Below the pieces are notes generated by a model. That model was given only the letters and a program-made list of their open reading frames with translations. It made no database searches and had not been told where the DNA came from. A stretch of DNA of 64,000 nt from assembly GCA_036172245.1 (NCBI GenBank), contig JAYWIR010000027.1:2604001-2668000 (forward strand), given 5' to 3'. The first letter of the stretch is position 1, and every line of letters starts with the position of its first letter. Source of the stretch: Raillietiella orientalis. Its lineage: Eukaryota. Of this stretch, positions 58,720 through 64,000 are shown piece after piece. A program made the translations under genes and the position numbers.

Positions 58720-60730
58720 CCGCCCTTCAGGGGGTTTTTTCTGCCTCCGATGAGGCAGGACATTTCCCACGATGCCTCTTCCTGGCTGTCCCTAGCGTTC
58801 TTTAGGTAGGGCAGCACGGAGGCAAGGGGGGTAAACGAACTCGGGGAGGATGGGGGGAGGGAGATTCGGGGAGGAGGTTTGTAACGAAAGAGCATATATC
58901 CACTCTCGACGTTACGCGAGGACCCCCAACGTCCATCGCCTGGCCGAATATCGAGCCGAGACCGAGCGCCAAACCTGGCAATCAGGGTCGGCCAGTTTGC
59001 TGGACGACCTGGGCCTGGAACGCTCGGCCCCTCCCACGATAAGGCACTTTGTGCGGAGTTTTGATTCCTCCCTTTACGCCAGAGCATCTCCCGAGCGGGA
59101 TGCCTCACGGTTCTTGCTTCCGGATGGAGCCCCGGTAATAGGGAGGAGGAGATGGAAAGCCTCGACGAGCCTTTTACGACCGGCGAAATTCTCGCCGGTA
59201 TTAGGAGGCTCAAGAGGCGTAAGGAGCCAGGGGAGGACGGCCTGCCCGCGGAGTTCTTCCAGTGCTTCGGGGCAGAGCTGGCGCCCCTGGTGCTGCAGTT
59301 GACGCGGCTGATCCGAGACGAAGGCGATGTTCCCGCCTCGTTTCGGTCAGCCAGGGTGAGGCTCCTTCCGAAAGGAGGAGACCTCAGGAAATTAAGCAAC
59401 TGGTGTCCGATCACGATTGTGAACACGGACGCCAAGTTGCTAGCCGGGCTGTGGGCTACCCGTCTGGGGCAGGTGGCCAATTCCATAATTAGCCCGGAGC
59501 AGACTTACGCTGTTCCCGGGCGAAGTATAGAGGCCAACCTCTTCTTCGCAAGCACATGGTTCGAAGTGCAAAGAGAAGAGAGAATGAAAGGGCGAATTAT
59601 CGGCAACCCTGCTTTGGGGGTGCCGGCTAGGCAGGGAAGGGACACCCGGGTGGGGAAGGGAGCCCTAGCGATCGCAGTCGATCTCCATAAGGCGTTCGAC
59701 TGCGTGGACCAGGAGCTTCTACTGGAGCTCCTGGATCGCATGGGCATTCCACCCTCCTTACTAACCTACCTGCGCTCCTGCTGGTGCAGCGCTATAATAA
59801 AGGTTTCTTTTAGTTGTCAACAGGTGTACGGCGTGCCGCTGCGGCGGGGCATACGGCAGGGCGATAGCCTGTGTCCCCTGCTCTTTAGCACCTACTTCGA
59901 GTTGGTGCTAAGAGCGTACAGGGCGTGCCCCGGTAAGCCCGCCGTATCGGCGTACGCTGATGATATTCTGCTCTTGTTGCCCATGTCCGCCCCGGTACCA
60001 CTTACGAGGATTTCTTCGATCTGCTAAGCCGTGGGACTGGACTGCGGGTGAACAAGGCAAAGTCGTCGGTGGTGGCGGTTGGTGTCACGTGGGTTGGACT
60101 GCCTGACTGGATCCGCTTGGGGATCCCCACGGCCAGGTACCTGGAGTACCTGGGAGGGTGAGCCTGAACTGTGCCAGGTGCTGGGAAAGGGAATCCTTTC
60201 CCCACCTGTGAGTGGACTGCGTTGTCCTCCGACCCCTTTGGGAACGCTTCTCGACGACCCTCCAGATCCTGGTTGGCAACCCCCCTGGGACGTTCTACGG
60301 CTTCTCTTTGTGCGGAACTCCCTGTAACCAGCCTCAGTCCTGGCAGCACTTTGCTGCATCCGAGGGATTGTGGCTGCGTGGAGCGACGCCATCAGAGGAA
60401 ACAGCGAAAGGGACGCCATCGAATTCGCAGTTCGCTTCCTGAGGATTGCGACCAGATGGTCCCACCTGGGAAGCATGCAGATGGACCTCAAGGACATTCT
60501 GCAAAGGATGGACCCTTCCTTTAGCAGAAAGCGATTCCTTCCCTTCCCTCCAAAGCCTTTTTCTTATCTGTTTTTTGTTTTCTTTCTTTTTTTTCCCCCC
60601 ATCTCCCTCCGCTGCCGAGGTGAGTCCCGTCGGTCTGTGTACCGCCGACCCGGCAGGTCCGATGTTGTGTTGGCCGTACCACGAATGTATAGACATTTTA
60701 TAATAAACTCCCCGGCGTGACCGGTTGGCA
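58720..60730 (+). mobile_element. Family A reverse transcriptase domain (Tx1/L1 clade, disabled) joined directly to zinc finger + 3' terminus
   Basis: ORF 59152-60027 contains KEPGEDGLPAEFF, LLPKGGDLRKLSNW.PI, EQTYAVPGRSI, DLHKAFDCV, GIRQGDSLCPLLF and SAYADD. After a frameshift come GLRVNKAKS…YLG, an abrupt jump at about 60157 to CARCWERESFPHL, and AATAAA + hairpin at 60702-60727. Confidence 0.9.
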
Positions 60731-61197
60731 GCCCCGAATCCAGCGGGTAGGCGGTGCAGAGGGAACTTCTCGCAGAACTCGCGAACCGAGTGCTTGAAAC
60801 GATCCCAGTCCGCAAGATTCCGGAGGGTGACACCTCTCAGGTATTGACGGGGATGTTCCGCCGCACCTGGGAGGTTCGTCCATTCCCTCGGTAGACGCCA
60901 CGCCTTGGATGGGGGTCGCTTTTCGCGTGGGCAAACCTCGAATATCAACTGGGAATGGTCGGACAGCGTCGAAGTTTCCCTCGTCTGCCGACCCGTGGGC
61001 ACAGGTCGCGGTCGATACTGTCCACCATTTCCGGTCTCGGAGTCGCGGCGGAGGAAACTCATTAATCCGACAATAGCGCGAATCAAACGAGTCGAGAATG
61101 CTCTGTTGCCACGGGCAATGTTAAAGGGTTTCTGCTGCCCGTCTTTGGCGCCACAAGACAAGGGTGCCGTCATTCCCGTGCAACACGTGTTTAGCAG
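60731..61197 (-). mobile_element. Fragment of the APE endonuclease C-terminus/linker of a Tx1-like ORF2
   Basis: LSDHSQLIF…PPSKAWRL…WDRFKHSVREFC matches the SDH…W(K/R)L…W..K..R.FC pattern of L1/Tx1 ORF2. Confidence 0.65.
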
Positions 61198-64000
61198 GTT
61201 TTTCACCCGGACCTAACCAGACACTCATTACAAAAATAATAAATTTGCATTTCTGTGGTACGGCTCTTGGTGCTATCACGTCCTCAAAGAAAACAACAAC
61301 AACAACGAGAACAAAAAACAGATGGAACTTTCCTGGATGCCGTCACGTGGACCGGCGAAGTCCACTTCGTCAGCGAGGAGGAAGGGATCGACCTAAACAA
61401 TAGAGATAAACGAACAAAAAGAGAACGGGAGAGTTTTTTTTCGGGAGGGAAGGGAAGGAGATCGGGGAAGGAATCACTGTTGGTTGTCCGGCGCCCTCAA
61501 CATCCGATCCAGGATGCTGGCAAGTTCGGTGTGCGTTTGTCGCCGGCCACCTTGCGGAGATCCTTATGAGTATTTTTGTCCAGTGGATGGCGTCCCTTGC
61601 ATTCTGTCCTCTCCCTGCAGCGTTCCAGACTGCCACCATCCCACGCAGGCAGCAGAGGGCTGACAGGCACTGAGATGGCGACAGCGCATCCCGCACGAAG
61701 AAGCGTTTCGCGATGCCCCTGGGGTCGCTCAACCGGAGCCGAAGAGCCCTCGTAGACGTTTCCGTAGGGACCAGAGGGCAGGTGCGTTCGCCGCACGTGC
61801 CCTACAGTCCCTATGAGGCGCTCCCACACTCCCCCGGGTCCAGTGGCGGAGACGCGCTTTGTATTGGGGGATCCCCAGACGCAAGGCCTGCAGCGCCAGC
61901 ACCTGCCACTACAGGGGAGGGTAGAGCTGTCCGTGAAGACAACGGGCAGCGCCAGATCTCCTGGAGGGACCTCGAGCAGCCGGACCCAACGTATCAGGCC
62001 TTCTAGTGGGACGCCGGCAGTTTTGGCGTTCCTCCAACTCCCGTGCCGTCCACTCACCGAGAAGTTTCCTTGCCTCTGAAACATCGCAGCAGAGTGCCTC
62101 CCAGCTTCCCGGATTGGGAGCGTATCCTTCTCTTCTCTTGAGAGGGGGCCAGCACCGGGGCAAGCGATGCCAGCAGGGTCTTCCGTGTGTTTCCCACGGC
62201 CTCCTGCAGCGACCAACGAGCGTAGACGCCGCGTTGCAGATGGAAGAACTTCGCTTCTCTCGAGCCGTGGGTCCTCCCCCTCGCACCAGCGGACTCCTGC
62301 AGCCAAGTGGTGCTGTTCGCGGACCAAACAGAGCCTCCAGGCGTTCTCTCTCACCAAGGCAATCGTCTGTCAGAGTTGATGCCCGTACCGGGCCACGCCC
62401 TTCGGTGTCTGACAGACGAGGACCGAAGTCCGTCGCTTCCGTCCGCTCGCTTGCTCGGCGAGGAGACGCTCCAAGGCACCGTCCGCAACTTCGCCGCGAG
62501 AGCGAATCTTCTTCGGAATGGACGCTCCGTGAGCCCGTCCGGAGTCTGAAGGCCCTGCCCACTGTCTTCACAGGCGGAACGCATAGGTCTTTCAAGCGGC
62601 TTCCCTGTGTCCCGGAGGGCTCTTCGGAAAGGGTTCTCAGTCCCTCTTTCGATGGTGACGAGGGGACGGAGGGGGAAAGAGAGGAGGGGCAAACAAGAAA
62701 CAGGGGGCGGAGGAGAGGAGTCACTACCGCGTTGCCAACCGCAGCCCGTTCCGGCAAGTGAAGCTTGCCCTTCGAGTGCCATCTCCAGTTTCTGGAGACG
62801 GCAGGACCCGGCTTCTGCAGGACGGAAGTCCCTCAACGGAACGTCAAGGTACTTCAATTACCTGCCCGTGGGGGTCGTTCTTCCACTCTAGTCAGCTCCA
62901 CCAACACTCGCCGCTCGACTGAGGAGCCCGGTGGCGTTCTTGTCGCCGTGCTCGGCAGCAGTGTGGGCGGCTCCCCGATCAGGAACGCCTGGTTCCTCGT
63001 TGCCCTCGGCAATGGGAAGCCCTGCAGCCAGCAGGCGCGCTCTTCTAGGCGCGGCGCGACGGAGGCGAGCCGCATTCTCGCTCCGACACTCCGAGCGTCC
63101 GCCCTCTCGCCAGGAATGAACCCTTCTGCTGTCGCCGCCTCCACGTTTGCACAAGTGGAACGTCGTGGTGAAGACGCGCTGACCACGGTGGCGCCGCCTG
63201 TGGGTGCGCGCGCGCGCATGAGGTGAACACGCTTTCGCTACTTCGGCTGTGTGTAGGCGCTCCGGAGCGCCAGCCGTCGGAGGTTTTCCGCTGTCCTTTC
63301 CCCCCGGGGGGAGGAGCTTGGCGCGATGCCGAAGAACTGCCGCCCGAGGGGGCGGAAGCAGTGCTCAGGTCGTGACTCACCAGGGGGCTGCGTCCGGGGA
63401 TCGCGGCCAAACGTCCTGGGCGGCAGTTGGCGAGGGCCTGCGGGCAGTCCGTGGTGCGCGCCATACTAGAGGGGTGTAGAGGAGTCCTGTCCCCCCCGCT
63501 ACCGCATCTGTCCTCCCCGCGCTGGTGCCTAATCGCTCCCTGGGTCACGAGAGTCCCGAAGCGGTCCCCGTGGAGGTTCCTGCTAGGGGGCACTCGAAAC
63601 GCGCACTGCTCTCCACCGCGCTGCGCGATCGACTGTGAACTCAGGGATTCGGCCGCGCTCCCAGACGGGAGGCACGCGGGCGATCCCCATCCCTTTGCTG
63701 GCGGTGAAACGGGGCAACTCGCCGCAGAGGAATGAGGAACCCCGGAGACAGATGGCACGACCTCTGCAGCAGGACCTTTCCATCCTGGACACCCCGTGTC
63801 CTCGCTATCCACTTCCGACGTATCCCTTTGCGCGCGCGATGGTCGCGAAGCGAAAGGAGAAAGCAGAGAGGACCGATCTCGGAAAACCGTGGAGTCGACC
63901 CGTCGCTAGGCAATGGTAGCGAGCGGTCCGCTCCGCATCGCGCGTTCCCCTCTGAGTGGATGGCCTAACCTGGCGTTCCAGAAGAAGAGATCCCTTCCTC
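61198..64000 (-). mobile_element. Decayed family A copy, probably extending to or beyond the window end
   Basis: Terminus GTCTGGTTAGGTCCGGGTGAAAAA (61204-61222). RFFVRDALSPSQCLSALCCLRG, KYLDVPL, and RT remnants EGFIPGER and PPGGKGQRKTSDGWR near 63100-63320. Confidence 0.75.
61825..62871. repeat. About 1.05-kb near-identical copy of 9524-10570
   Basis: See the 9524-10570 entry. Confidence 0.95.

Noticed and set aside
759..61222. CRISPR array or prokaryotic REP/terminator interpretation of the recurring hairpin
   Set aside because: The copies are dispersed on both strands and tied to retrotransposon 3' ends and TSDs, in intron-containing eukaryotic DNA.

Overview
This is eukaryotic (animal, most likely arthropod) genomic DNA, not prokaryotic. 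Three intact spliced genes can be reconstructed by hand. On the minus strand, in an AT-rich, CpG-poor block, are EEF1E1/AIMP3 (4 exons, 22489-21749) and EOGT (7 exons, 21747-19951, introns 37-61 nt). The AIMP3 stop codon lies 1 nt before the EOGT ATG (TAA-G-ATG). On the plus strand is a Skeletor-like DM13-DM13-DOMON gene (14 exons, 43381-54237) with a probable alternative terminal exon. The flanks (0.7-16 kb and 55-64 kb) are dense nests of fragments of a Tx1/L1-clade non-LTR retrotransposon family. Its copies end not in poly(A) but in AATAAA plus a conserved CCCGG-loop-CCGGG-TG stem-loop (about 15 copies). Several have clear 8-15 bp target-site duplications (TSDs), including a 20-nt insertion made of the hairpin alone. 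The family also shows 5' inversions, snap-back junctions and a SINE/LINE chimera. Also present are a long tRNA-headed SINE family, a decayed 28S rRNA fragment interrupted by one retrotransposon copy, a second non-LTR family, an ankyrin pseudogene fragment and faint retroelement relics. Most long GC-rich ORFs in the ORF track are spurious. All assignments come from manual translation and motif recognition; no searches were run.
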